Below, in pieces: positions 53,324 through 62,114 of a stretch of 64,000 nt of DNA. The stretch is taken from the NCBI GenBank assembly GCA_963717935.1, contig CAVQXP010000004.1, positions 32,001-96,000 on the forward strand, read 5' to 3'. Under the pieces are notes generated by a model. The model was not told the DNA's origin. It did no database searches and worked only from the letters and a program-made list of their open reading frames with translations. A program made the position numbers and the translations under genes. Position 1 is the stretch's first letter. Each line of letters starts with the position of its first letter. This DNA comes from Candidatus Eiseniibacteriota bacterium (GTDB taxonomy: Bacteria; Eisenbacteria; RBG-16-71-46).

Positions 53324-53366
53324 AAGAAGCGAGGAGCCGCCCTGCGGAAGGCCCGCGGAGCGGCTC
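53324..53366 (-). terminator. Intrinsic terminator-like hairpin
   Basis: Minus strand GAGCCGCTCCGCGG-GCCTT-CCGCAGGGCGGCTC followed by CTCGCTTCTT. Confidence 0.55.
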
Positions 53367-53753
53367 GATCGTGCGCCTCGGACGCAGGTGTGAACCTTGC
53401 GCCACACCGTCCTGCACGCACACACGCAACAGGACACCGGCCTGTTGCAGATGCGGCCAGCCGGGACATCCCCCAATGTCGGCCAACCACGTCTTCGACC
53501 GGTGCCCTGAAACCCGAAGCGGGCCGGGTCTGCGCGTTGAGGCTGCAGAGACCGGGTATGCTTGCTTTCTCGGCGGCAGGCGCCGACCCACTCCGGGTGG
53601 TGTTTTCGTGATCCAAGCTAGGCGGTCGCAGAGGACGGTGCGTTGTCTAGTGACTGGGGCTCGTACCCTCGACCGGATCCCCCGCAGTGCCGCCTAGCCC
53701 AGACTGTCGTCCGGCAGCATCACCGGATTTCTTGGAGGTCCCCCCCTCCGCGG
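53324..53753 (-). ncRNA. Candidate ~430-nt structured sigma54-dependent ncRNA
   Basis: Bounded by a sigma54 promoter and a terminator; about 10 consecutive stem-loops; no credible ORF. Confidence 0.55.
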
Positions 53754-53763
53754 GCAGACGAGC

Positions 53764-53779
53764 AGCACGCGCCGTGCCA
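53764..53779 (-). promoter_or_regulatory. sigma54 promoter upstream of the candidate ncRNA
   Basis: TGGCACGGCGCGTGCT; IHF-like TGCAA-N4-TTA at 53808-53819; inverted repeat AACCAT-N11-ATGGTT at 53886-53908. Confidence 0.65.
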
Positions 53780-54082
53780 GCCCGGAGTCAGCCCAGTACG
53801 ATTCTCTTAACTCGTTGCACTGCAACTGACACGAGGTCTTGGCGGACTCACCGGCAAGGTCACTCGGAAGGCCCAGACCCGGGGAAACCATGAAGACATT
53901 TTATGGTTCCACGACCTCTCGGCTAAGCGCATGGTTCGCATGGTCTTCGATGTGAAGGAGTTTGATAACGCGATTGGCAATGGACCTGCGCATCAGGCCT
54001 GGGGCCAGAGGCGCGCCGGGAAGACAAGGCTGAGGGGAGGCCTGGAGAGGACCCCGGGAGGTCCCGCGTGCAGCGCGCGAGG

Positions 54083-57000
54083 CTACGAGCGGCGGCGCTC
54101 GAGCTCGAGGTTGCGGATCCTGGCGAGCAGCGTCGGATAGCTCAGGCCGAGCTCGCGCGCCACCTTCGCCTTGTTCCAGCGGTGCCGGTCCAGGGCCTCG
54201 GAGATCACGCGGCGCTCGAGCTCCGAGACGCTCGAGCGCAGGCTGCGGCCCGCCTCGCCCCCGTTGCCCGCGGCAGCCGCCACGGCCCGCGTGGCCGGCT
54301 CGCGCATCTCGGGCGGCAACAGGTCGAGCCCGAGCAGATCGCCCTCGTCCGCGAGCACGACCAGGCGTTTCACCGTCTTGTCCAGCTCCCGCACGTTGCC
54401 GCGCCACTCGTGCGCCAGGAACAGCTGCATCACTTCGGGACTGAATCCGCGGACGTTCTTCTCCATCTGGCGCGAGTACACGTTGAGGAAATGCTGCGCC
54501 AGCACCGGGATGTCCTCGCGCCGCTCGCGCAGCGCGGGCACGCGCACCGTGATGTCGTTGAGCCGGTAGTAGAGGTCCTCGAGGAAACGGCCCTCCCGGA
54601 TGCGTTCGCGCAGGTCCACGCCGGTGGCGCAGATCACGCGCGCGTCCACGCGCTTGCTCCGCGTGGCGCCCACCGGGCGGATCTCGCCGCGGTCCAGCAC
54701 GTGCAGCAGCTTCGCCTGCACCGACTCGGGCACCTTCTCGATCTCGTCGAGGAAGATGGTCCCGCCCTCGGCCTCCTCGAAGAGTCCCTGCTTGTCGCGC
54801 ACCGCTCCGGTGAAGGCGCCGTGCACGTAGCCGAACAACTCGCTCTCGAGCAGCGACTCGGGCAGCGCCGCGCAGTTCACCTGGACGAACGGCCGGTCGC
54901 GACGGTTCGAGGACTCGTGCACGACCTGCGCGAGCAGGCCCTTGCCCGTCCCGGTCTCGCCCATGAAGAGCACCGTGGCCGAGCTGTCGCCGACCTTCGA
55001 GAGCAGGGCGAGGAGGCCCTTCATCTCGCGCGAGGCGGTCACCACGCGATCCATGCCCGCGCTCGGCCTCAGCTTGTCCCGCAACTCGCGGTTCTCGGCC
55101 AGCAGCAGGGACCGCTGCGCCTCGACGATCGCCACCGCCGCGCTGTTCGCCAGCACCGCGAGCAGGTTCACGTCGCGCTGCTTGAACGGCCCCAGCAGGT
55201 TGTCGTTGAGCCGGTCCACGAACACCAGCCCCACCGACTGCGAGGGGAAGTTGAGCGGCACGCAGACCAGCGAGGCGACGCTCTCCAGCGCGTCGGCCAC
55301 CGCGACGCCGAAACGCGGATCGGCGGCCACGCGGCTGGAGAACACCGGACCGCTCTCGGCCAGGCGCGAGCCCACCGCCTCTTCCAGCGCGCGCAGGATG
55401 CGCCGCGCCCGGTCACGGCCCAGGCCATGCTGAGCGACCACGTCGAGCCTCACGCCCCCGCTCGAGAACGCCACGAAGCCGCGGTCCCCGCCGGCATTCT
55501 CCACCGCGAGCTTGACGGTCTGGGCGAGCAGCCCGTCCATGTCCGAGGTCTCGCGGAACAGGCGGTTCGCGTCCTCGAGCGCGCGGAACTCGTTGCTCGT
55601 GGAGAGCGAGACGGCGACGTACTGGCGCTCGATCTCGCGCCGCAGCGCCTCGGCCCGCCCGCCCGCGGGCGCACCGGCCTCCAGCAGCCAGAGTTCGGCC
55701 TGTTCGAGCAGCCCCAGCGCCTGGTCGTAATGCTCGCGCTCGGTCTCGAGGCGGGCGAGTGTGAGCAGCGCCTCGGAGGCGAGCGGCACCACGCCGAACT
55801 GGCGGAACAGAGTCGCCGCGCGCTTGGCCGCGTCGGCCACCGGCTCGAGCGGCAGGCGCAGCCGGGCGCTGGCCGGCAGCAGCAGCAGGAAATCGCCCCA
55901 CGCCGCCAGCGTGGTGGCCAGCTCGTAGGACTCGCCCAGGGTCTCGAAGGCCTGTGCCGCCGCGAGGATCTTGGCCTGCGCTCCGGCCGCGTTGCCGCGC
56001 ACGGCGTCGAGCTGGGCCAGCGCGCGGTCGGCGATGGCGGCCTCGATGCTGTCGCCCAGCTGCGCGGCCAGCGCCGCGCCGCGCACCAGGTGCGCCTGCG
56101 CCTCGGGCGTGCGCCCGGCCGCGAGCAGCGCGAGCCCCATCCGGGTCTCGAGCTCCGCGACCAGGTCGCCCTGCGGTGCGCTGCGGCGCGCTTCGTCGAG
56201 CGCGGGCTCGAGCAACGCGAGCGCCGCCATGACGTCGCCGCGGTCCAGCGCCAGCTCGCCCAGGAACTCGCGGGCCAGCGTCGCCTCGCGCAGCGCGCCC
56301 ACGGGCAGCGCCAGCTCGAGCGCGCGCCGGAAGTGCTCCTCGGCGGATTCCAGCTGGCGCCGGCGCCGCGCGAGCAGACCGGTCGCCAGCAGCGCCGCGG
56401 CCTCGCCCTGCAGGTGGCCGGTCTCACGGGAGATCTTCAGCGACTGACGGAAGTTCTCCTCGGCAAGGTCCCACTGCCCCAGGCGGTAGCGGATCAGGCC
56501 CAGGTTCTGGTTGTGCCCGCGCATGCGGGAGTAGAGGCCCGCGCGCTCGTCGAGGCGCAGCGCCTGCTCCAGGAAGCGTGTGGCCTCACGCCACTCGCGC
56601 AGGTTCTTGTAGACCAGCCCGAGGTTGTTGAGCGCGGTGACCAACCCGTCGGTGTCGTCGATGCGGCGGAAGGTGGCGGCCGCGTTCTGCAGCCACTCGA
56701 TGGCCTCGCCGGTGCGGCCCTGGCGCGTCGCGCACAGCCCGAGGGTCACCGCGACCTCGCCGACCGCGTGGTGCTCGTCGGTGTCGCGAAGCACGCCGTA
56801 GGCGTACAGCGCGTAGCGGCGGCTGCGGCGGTACTGCCCCTGCTGGATGAGCGCGCCGGCGAAGCGGGCCGCGATGACCGCGGTCTGGCGCGGGTCGCCG
56901 AGCAGGCGGGCCGCGGCGCGCGCTTCACGGAGGGTGGCAACCGCGGGCTCGTATTCGCCGTGGGCCGTGTGCACCCTGGCCACGCTGAGCAGGAGCCGCA

Positions 57001-57175
57001 CACGCTCCCCGGGAGCCTCGGGACCGACCGTCTTCAGCGCGGCGCGGTATTCCTCGAGTGCTTCCGAGAAGTTGTCGGCCGCCAGATGCAGATCGCCGAT
57101 CGCCTCATGCTGGCCGGAGCCGGCACGACCGGCGCCTGCTGCATGAGCCAGATCGGGGGGGATCGCTCTCTGCAC
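54083..57175 (-). CDS. TPR-GAF-AAA+-HTH sigma54-dependent activator (1030 aa)
   Basis: About 500 aa of TPR repeats (ALNNLGLVY, NLGLIRY), a GAF domain, GETGTGK, ESELFGYVHGAFTGA, FLDEIE, GNVREL, Fis HTH; no REC domain. Confidence 0.92.
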   Translation of the reverse strand: MQRAIPPDLAHAAGAGRAGSGQHEAIGDLHLAADNFSEALEEYRAALKTVGPEAPGERVRLLLSVARVHTAHGEYEPAVATLREARAAARLLGDPRQTAVIAARFAGALIQQGQYRRSRRYALYAYGVLRDTDEHHAVGEVAVTLGLCATRQGRTGEAIEWLQNAAATFRRIDDTDGLVTALNNLGLVYKNLREWREATRFLEQALRLDERAGLYSRMRGHNQNLGLIRYRLGQWDLAEENFRQSLKISRETGHLQGEAAALLATGLLARRRRQLESAEEHFRRALELALPVGALREATLAREFLGELALDRGDVMAALALLEPALDEARRSAPQGDLVAELETRMGLALLAAGRTPEAQAHLVRGAALAAQLGDSIEAAIADRALAQLDAVRGNAAGAQAKILAAAQAFETLGESYELATTLAAWGDFLLLLPASARLRLPLEPVADAAKRAATLFRQFGVVPLASEALLTLARLETEREHYDQALGLLEQAELWLLEAGAPAGGRAEALRREIERQYVAVSLSTSNEFRALEDANRLFRETSDMDGLLAQTVKLAVENAGGDRGFVAFSSGGVRLDVVAQHGLGRDRARRILRALEEAVGSRLAESGPVFSSRVAADPRFGVAVADALESVASLVCVPLNFPSQSVGLVFVDRLNDNLLGPFKQRDVNLLAVLANSAAVAIVEAQRSLLLAENRELRDKLRPSAGMDRVVTASREMKGLLALLSKVGDSSATVLFMGETGTGKGLLAQVVHESSNRRDRPFVQVNCAALPESLLESELFGYVHGAFTGAVRDKQGLFEEAEGGTIFLDEIEKVPESVQAKLLHVLDRGEIRPVGATRSKRVDARVICATGVDLRERIREGRFLEDLYYRLNDITVRVPALRERREDIPVLAQHFLNVYSRQMEKNVRGFSPEVMQLFLAHEWRGNVRELDKTVKRLVVLADEGDLLGLDLLPPEMREPATRAVAAAAGNGGEAGRSLRSSVSELERRVISEALDRHRWNKAKVARELGLSYPTLLARIRNLELERRRS

Positions 57176-57280
57176 GTTCGAACCCTCGAGTCACATCACC
57201 CGGTTGGGCATCCCGTCGGTTCGACTCCGGGATGCCGTTGGTGTTGCGTAGAGCTTGGATGCCCCAGCGGTCAGGCGGGG

Positions 57281-57604
57281 CTACCTCGCTCCAAGATATC
57301 GAATCGCCCACGTCCTCCTGACGATCCAGCGGAACCATGCGTCGGCGCGCGAACCCTGCGAACTTCCGTTCTCGCCACGCGGGGCCGGTGACATCGAGCC
57401 CGTCGTGGGTTCGGCGCGTGGGGTCTGACCGACATCGGGCTCCCCAGAAGTCGTGACCACAGGTGGTTTCGCCGCGTCCGCAAGGGATGAGAAGACATCA
57501 GGCGAATCCGTCTTCCCACCCGCGAGCGCGGGCGTCCAACCTGCGGTGGCGACCACCGAAAGCAGGACCAGCAGGAACAGGAGTCTGTTGCGTTCAGAAA
57601 GCAT
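57281..57604 (-). CDS. Small secreted protein (107 aa) upstream of the TPR activator
   Basis: GGAGGGA RBS; signal MLSERNRLLFLLVLLSVVATAGWTPALA; disordered S/P/T/G-rich middle; Trp/Arg-rich C-terminus. Confidence 0.65.
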   Translation of the reverse strand: MLSERNRLLFLLVLLSVVATAGWTPALAGGKTDSPDVFSSLADAAKPPVVTTSGEPDVGQTPRAEPTTGSMSPAPRGENGSSQGSRADAWFRWIVRRTWAIRYLGAR

Positions 57605-57726
57605 GTGCTGCCGCTCCCTCCGAGGCTGGTGGCTGTGAACCACAGTACCTGACCGCCCGGGGTTGGAGCCGCCCCGGACGAATCCGAACCTGAGGGGACC
57701 TCGTCTACTACCGCGCCACGACAACA

Positions 57727-57755
57727 AGTATCCGGCGGTCGTCCGCGAGCGTCAA
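57727..57755 (-). promoter_or_regulatory. sigma70-like promoter of the small protein/TPR activator operon
   Basis: TTGACG-17-GATACT on the minus strand. Confidence 0.55.
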
Positions 57756-57776
57756 CAGCAACTTCACCGACGCCCC

Positions 57777-58826
57777 TTAGGATGCGTCCGGGCGCGGAGC
57801 GGACCGGGCCTTGCTGCCGCGTGGCAGGGGCGGGGCGCCCGGGACCTGGCCGGCCGGCACGGGACCGGGGGGGGGCTGCCGGCGGTCGAGCAACTCCCCG
57901 ACGGCCATGCGCACCAGCCCGTAGCGAAGCCCCTGGGTGGAGCATACGAGCGCCGACGAGGGGAAGCGCTCGAAGAGCAGGGCCACGACCAGGGCGCCAG
58001 CCACGACGATGTCGGCCCGGCCTTCTCCCACGGTGGAGAGGCCCCTGCGATCCGCGTGGCACGATCGGGAAAGATGGTCGACCAGCCCGGAAAGCCGCTC
58101 GGGACGGATGGACCAGCCCTCGAGGAGCGCCGGATCGTAACTCTTGAGCTGGCGGTCCATAGAGGCAAGGACCGTGACCGTTCCGCCGACACCCACGAGG
58201 AGTGGGACCTTCTCCGGCATCAATGCACAATGATGCATGATTCCAGCCTGCACCTCGGCCCGCAGAGCCATGATCTCTCCCGGGTCAGACGGGTCGGAGC
58301 GCAGGAACCGCTCGGTCAGGCTGACCGCGCCAAACGGCAGGCTGGCCCACCTTCCGGCCTGCGGCCCCACCCCGCTGACGACCTCGGTGCTGCCCCCGCC
58401 GATGTCGAAGGCGACGCAGGCGCTATGGGCTGCGCTGCGCCCCAGGCCGAGGACGACCGAGCGGTAGACCAGTTGCGCCTCGTCGTCGCCGGTGAGCACG
58501 CGAACGGGCAGCCCCGAACGACGTTCGACGATGCCGGCCACCTCGGCCCCGTTGCGGGCGTTGCGGATGGCGGCGGTCGCGCCGATCACGATGTGCTTCG
58601 CTCCCAGCGACCGCGCGCGCCGCACGAATTCCGCCGCCAGACCGCCGGCCCTCTGCGCCAACTCCTCCTCGATGCTCCCGGCCCGGTCGAGCCCCCGCGC
58701 CAGACGGCAGACCTCGCCCGCCCTGGCCACCGTCTCCAGCGTCCCGCCCGGGCCGCCGCGTTCGTCCACGTCGGCGACCAGGAGTCGGATGGAGTTGGAT
58801 CCGATATCAATTGCAGCTACGCGCAT
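57777..58826 (-). CDS. ppx: Ppx/GppA family exopolyphosphatase
   Basis: AAIDIGSNSIRL, ATAAIRNARN, DEAQL, DIGGGSTE, GVGGTVT, RADIVVAG, GLRYG. Confidence 0.92.
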   Translation of the reverse strand: MRVAAIDIGSNSIRLLVADVDERGGPGGTLETVARAGEVCRLARGLDRAGSIEEELAQRAGGLAAEFVRRARSLGAKHIVIGATAAIRNARNGAEVAGIVERRSGLPVRVLTGDDEAQLVYRSVVLGLGRSAAHSACVAFDIGGGSTEVVSGVGPQAGRWASLPFGAVSLTERFLRSDPSDPGEIMALRAEVQAGIMHHCALMPEKVPLLVGVGGTVTVLASMDRQLKSYDPALLEGWSIRPERLSGLVDHLSRSCHADRRGLSTVGEGRADIVVAGALVVALLFERFPSSALVCSTQGLRYGLVRMAVGELLDRRQPPPGPVPAGQVPGAPPLPRGSKARSAPRPDAS

Positions 58827-58842
58827 ATGTGGCTTTCAGTGG

Positions 58843-59406
58843 TCAGAGGAGATAGTCTTCGAGGTCACCCGGCCTCCGTGCCGGCATGGAGTCGGCAACT
58901 GCTTGTCGATCTTCCTGTTCAAGGCCCAATGGACTTGCCGGGCCGTTTGATTCCGGCTCTGCCTCTGGGGATCGGACGGATTCTTCCGGAGGTCGCATGG
59001 CGCCGGTCGGCCGCGCCCGGCGGGCGGCCTCCGTCCGGACCTTTCGCTCTGGAAACCCGACCACCGCCGGGGCAGACCGGGTCAGGTGATGCTCCATCCC
59101 GGCGGCCAACGCCTCCGGTCCGGCCCCCGAGAGCGCCCAGCCCAGAAGCTCGCTGAGCCCCGGCGCTTCGGCCTGCAGCCTGAAACGCACCCGCCGGCCC
59201 TCCCGGCACCCCTTCACCAGGCCCACGCGCTCGAGCGCCTGCAGGTGGCGGGTCGTGCACGACTGCGACAGACCGACCACCTCGGCCAGCTCACCCACAC
59301 ACCGGTCGCCCGCGGCCAGGGCCCTGACCAGCCGGAAGCGCGAGGCCACCCCGAGACAGGCCAGAACGGTCCGTGTGTGAGTCTCCTGCAGGTCGGATTC
59401 ATTCAT
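58843..59406 (-). CDS. ArsR/SmtB family transcriptional regulator with disordered C-terminal tail
   Basis: SRFRLV..CVGELAEVVGLSQSCTTRHLQALERVGLV..REGR. Confidence 0.8.
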   Translation of the reverse strand: MNESDLQETHTRTVLACLGVASRFRLVRALAAGDRCVGELAEVVGLSQSCTTRHLQALERVGLVKGCREGRRVRFRLQAEAPGLSELLGWALSGAGPEALAAGMEHHLTRSAPAVVGFPERKVRTEAARRARPTGAMRPPEESVRSPEAEPESNGPASPLGLEQEDRQAVADSMPARRPGDLEDYLL

Positions 59407-59496
59407 TGCACAGCGATGCATATCACATCCCGCGATTGACCGCAATGACTTGGCTCTGATAGTTTTCGCACAACTCGGCCATAACCGTGCGCCACC

Positions 59497-60570
59497 ATGC
59501 CAACTCTCCCGCCGTCACCCATCCCCCCCCCTGCCATCCCCGGCTTCTACGGCCTGACGCGTGAGCGGCTGGGCGAGCGGCTGGCCAGCCAGGGCGTGCC
59601 CGCCTACCGGGCCTCCCAGCTCTTCTCCTGGATCTACCGGAAGCACCAGCGCGACACCGAGGCCATGACCAACCTTCCGCTCGCCTTCCGGCGCGACGTG
59701 GCGCGGCTCGCGGACCTCAGCCTGCCGGCCGTCGCCTCGCACGTCGCCACACCCGACGGCGATACCCACAAGCTGGTGCTCACCCTGGGCGATGGCCGGC
59801 ACGTCGAGTGCGTCTCGATGCGTGCGGAGCGCGGCCTGACGTTCTGTCTCTCGAGCCAGGTCGGCTGCGCCCTGCGCTGCTCCTTCTGCGCGACGGGACT
59901 CATGGGGCTCCAGCGCAACCTGCGCGCCGAGGAGATCGTGGCCCAGGTCCTGGTCCTGGGGGACCTTCACCGCTGGGAGGACGACGGCTTCAACGTGGTC
60001 TTCATGGGCATGGGCGAGCCGTTGGGGAACTACGAGGCGGTGATGGACGCCGTGCGCATCCTCCACGACGAGCAGGGCCTCAACCTGGGTGCGCGGCGCA
60101 TCACGATATCCACTTGCGGGCTCGTGCCGCAGATCGAGCGCCTCTCGGGCGAGGGCCTCGCGCTCGGGCTGGCGCTCTCACTGCAGGCCACGACCGATGA
60201 GTTGCGCGATACGCTCGTCCCCGTCAACCGGCGCTGGCCGCTGCGCGAACTGCTCCCGGCCGCGCAGGCCTACGGGCTGCGCACCGGCCGGCGCGTGACA
60301 CTCGAGTACACGCTCATCGCGGGCGTGAACGACTTCCCGGAGGACGCCGACCGGCTGGCCGCCATCGCGCGCGACCTGCCCAGCAAGATCAACCTGATCC
60401 CCTACAACGCCGTTCCCGGCCTCCCCTACCGGCGGCCCACGCCGGAAGCGCTGCAGGCCTTCGCCGAACGGCTCTACCCGCGCGCTCCCGCGGTCACCGT
60501 ACGCCACACGCAGGGCGGCGAGATCTGGGCCGCCTGCGGGCAACTCGCGGGCCTGGGCGAGGGGGCCTGA
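59497..60570 (+). CDS. rlmN: 23S rRNA m2A2503/tRNA methyltransferase RlmN
   Basis: CLSSQVGCALRCSFCATG, VFMGMGEP, EYTLIAGVND, NLIPYN, AACGQL. Confidence 0.95.
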   Translation: MPTLPPSPIPPPAIPGFYGLTRERLGERLASQGVPAYRASQLFSWIYRKHQRDTEAMTNLPLAFRRDVARLADLSLPAVASHVATPDGDTHKLVLTLGDGRHVECVSMRAERGLTFCLSSQVGCALRCSFCATGLMGLQRNLRAEEIVAQVLVLGDLHRWEDDGFNVVFMGMGEPLGNYEAVMDAVRILHDEQGLNLGARRITISTCGLVPQIERLSGEGLALGLALSLQATTDELRDTLVPVNRRWPLRELLPAAQAYGLRTGRRVTLEYTLIAGVNDFPEDADRLAAIARDLPSKINLIPYNAVPGLPYRRPTPEALQAFAERLYPRAPAVTVRHTQGGEIWAACGQLAGLGEGA

Positions 60571-60596
60571 GCGAAGATGCGGGCAGGGGCCGTGCC

Positions 60597-62114
60597 GTGA
60601 GCCTCCGCGCCCGTCTGATCGCGGCCCTGCTGGCGCTCGCGCTCCTGCCGACCGCGGTCTTCACGCTCTTCACGCTGGTCGAGCTGGACCGCGCCACGCA
60701 GGGCTGGTTCCGCCCCGGCGTGGACCGTGCCCTCGAGTCGGCCCAGCAGGTGAGCCGCACCGCGCTCACGCGGATGGAGGCCACCGCGCTCTCCCAGGCC
60801 GCCGCCTGGGCCCGCGGGGCTCCTGCTGCGCGCCTCGACCCCGCCGCTCGCGCCCGCACGCGCGCGGGGCTGCGCGACGCGGGGCTCGACTTCCTGCAGA
60901 TCTACCGCCGCACCGACGGCCGCTGGGAACTGCTCGAACAGGTGCTGCCCGCGGGGGTGCTCGGGACCCGTGGCGCGGACTTCGGCGGCGAGCTGGACGC
61001 CGCGCTCGCCGGCGATTGCCTGGTGCGCTCGAGCCACGGCGCGCTCGCCGGCGTGGCCCCGCTGGACACCACCCACGCGCTCGCGGTGGGCATGTGGGTG
61101 CCGGCCGACTTCTTCGCCGACGTGGAGCGCGTGAGCGAGGGACGCGGCGCCTACAGCCAGCTCGGCGTGATGGTGGACGTGCAGCGCCCGCTCACCTGGC
61201 TGCTGGTCGCGGGGCTCGTGCTCCTGCTGGCGGCGCTCGCGCTGCTCCTCGCCCACGCGCTCGCGCGTCCCATCGCGCGGCCCCTCAGCGAACTGTCGGT
61301 CGCGTTGGACCGCGTGGCCGACGGAGACCTGCGGGTGCGGGTGGCGCCCCGCGGAGCGCGCGAGCTGCGAATGCTCGGCATGGCCTTCAACGCCATGACC
61401 GCGCGGCTCGAGGAAGCGCGGACGGCGATGGCCGAGGCGGAGCGCGAGGCGGCCTGGCGCGACGTGGCACGCAAGCTGGCGCACGAGTTCAAGAACATCC
61501 TCACGCCGCTGAAGCTCTCCCTGCAGCTGATCGAGGCGGAGCTCGAGGCCGCACCGGGCGCGCGGGCGGACACCGGCGTGAACCTCCAGGCCGCCCTCGG
61601 GGAGGTGGCCCAGCTGGCGCGGCTCGCGGACCAGTTCTCCCAGTACGCGCGCCTGCCCGAGCCGCACCTGGAACCGCTCGACCTGGCCCAGGTGGCCCGT
61701 TCGGCAGCGGGCCGTCCGATGTGCGAAGGTGTGAGTGTCGCCTGCGCACCCGGGGAGCCCGTGCCGGTGCGGGGCGACCGGGTTCTGCTGGCGCGCGCCG
61801 CGCACAACCTGGTGCTCAACGCGTGCGAGGCGAGCCCCGCGGGCGCGACGGTGGAGGTCGCTGCGCGGCGCGAGCACGGGCGCGCGGTGCTCGAAGTGCT
61901 GGACCGCGGCCCCGGCCTGCCGGCCGGGCTCGCCGACCGGCTGTTCGAGCCCTACGTGAGCACGAAGCGGCGCGGCAGCGGTCTGGGCCTCTCGCTGGTG
62001 CGCGACATCGCGCGGCAGCACGGCGGGACGGTGTCACTGGAGAACCGCGAGGGCGGTGGGGCATGCGCGCGGCTCGTGCTGCCGCCGGCGAAGGAGGGCG
62101 AAGTCCACCGATGA
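60597..62114 (+). CDS. NtrY-like HAMP sensor histidine kinase
   Basis: Two TMs, HAMP (AFNAMT), AAWRDVARKLAHEFKNILTP, FEPYVSTK, GSGLGL. Confidence 0.92.
   Translation: MSLRARLIAALLALALLPTAVFTLFTLVELDRATQGWFRPGVDRALESAQQVSRTALTRMEATALSQAAAWARGAPAARLDPAARARTRAGLRDAGLDFLQIYRRTDGRWELLEQVLPAGVLGTRGADFGGELDAALAGDCLVRSSHGALAGVAPLDTTHALAVGMWVPADFFADVERVSEGRGAYSQLGVMVDVQRPLTWLLVAGLVLLLAALALLLAHALARPIARPLSELSVALDRVADGDLRVRVAPRGARELRMLGMAFNAMTARLEEARTAMAEAEREAAWRDVARKLAHEFKNILTPLKLSLQLIEAELEAAPGARADTGVNLQAALGEVAQLARLADQFSQYARLPEPHLEPLDLAQVARSAAGRPMCEGVSVACAPGEPVPVRGDRVLLARAAHNLVLNACEASPAGATVEVAARREHGRAVLEVLDRGPGLPAGLADRLFEPYVSTKRRGSGLGLSLVRDIARQHGGTVSLENREGGGACARLVLPPAKEGEVHR

Noticed and set aside
53242..53891. 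ORFs 53242..53616, 53263..53697 and 53694..53891 as proteins
   Set aside because: No RBS, non-host codon usage and no motifs; they overlap promoter and terminator elements.
57180..57260. tRNA (including tRNA-Sec) suggested by GGTTCGACTCC
   Set aside because: No acceptor stem, D-arm, anticodon arm or CCA could be built around it.
54068..57391. Long antisense ORFs (e.g. 1107 aa here, 11871..14567, 35838..38402, 2152..3933)
   Set aside because: Shadow frames of genuine opposite-strand genes, typical of high-GC DNA.
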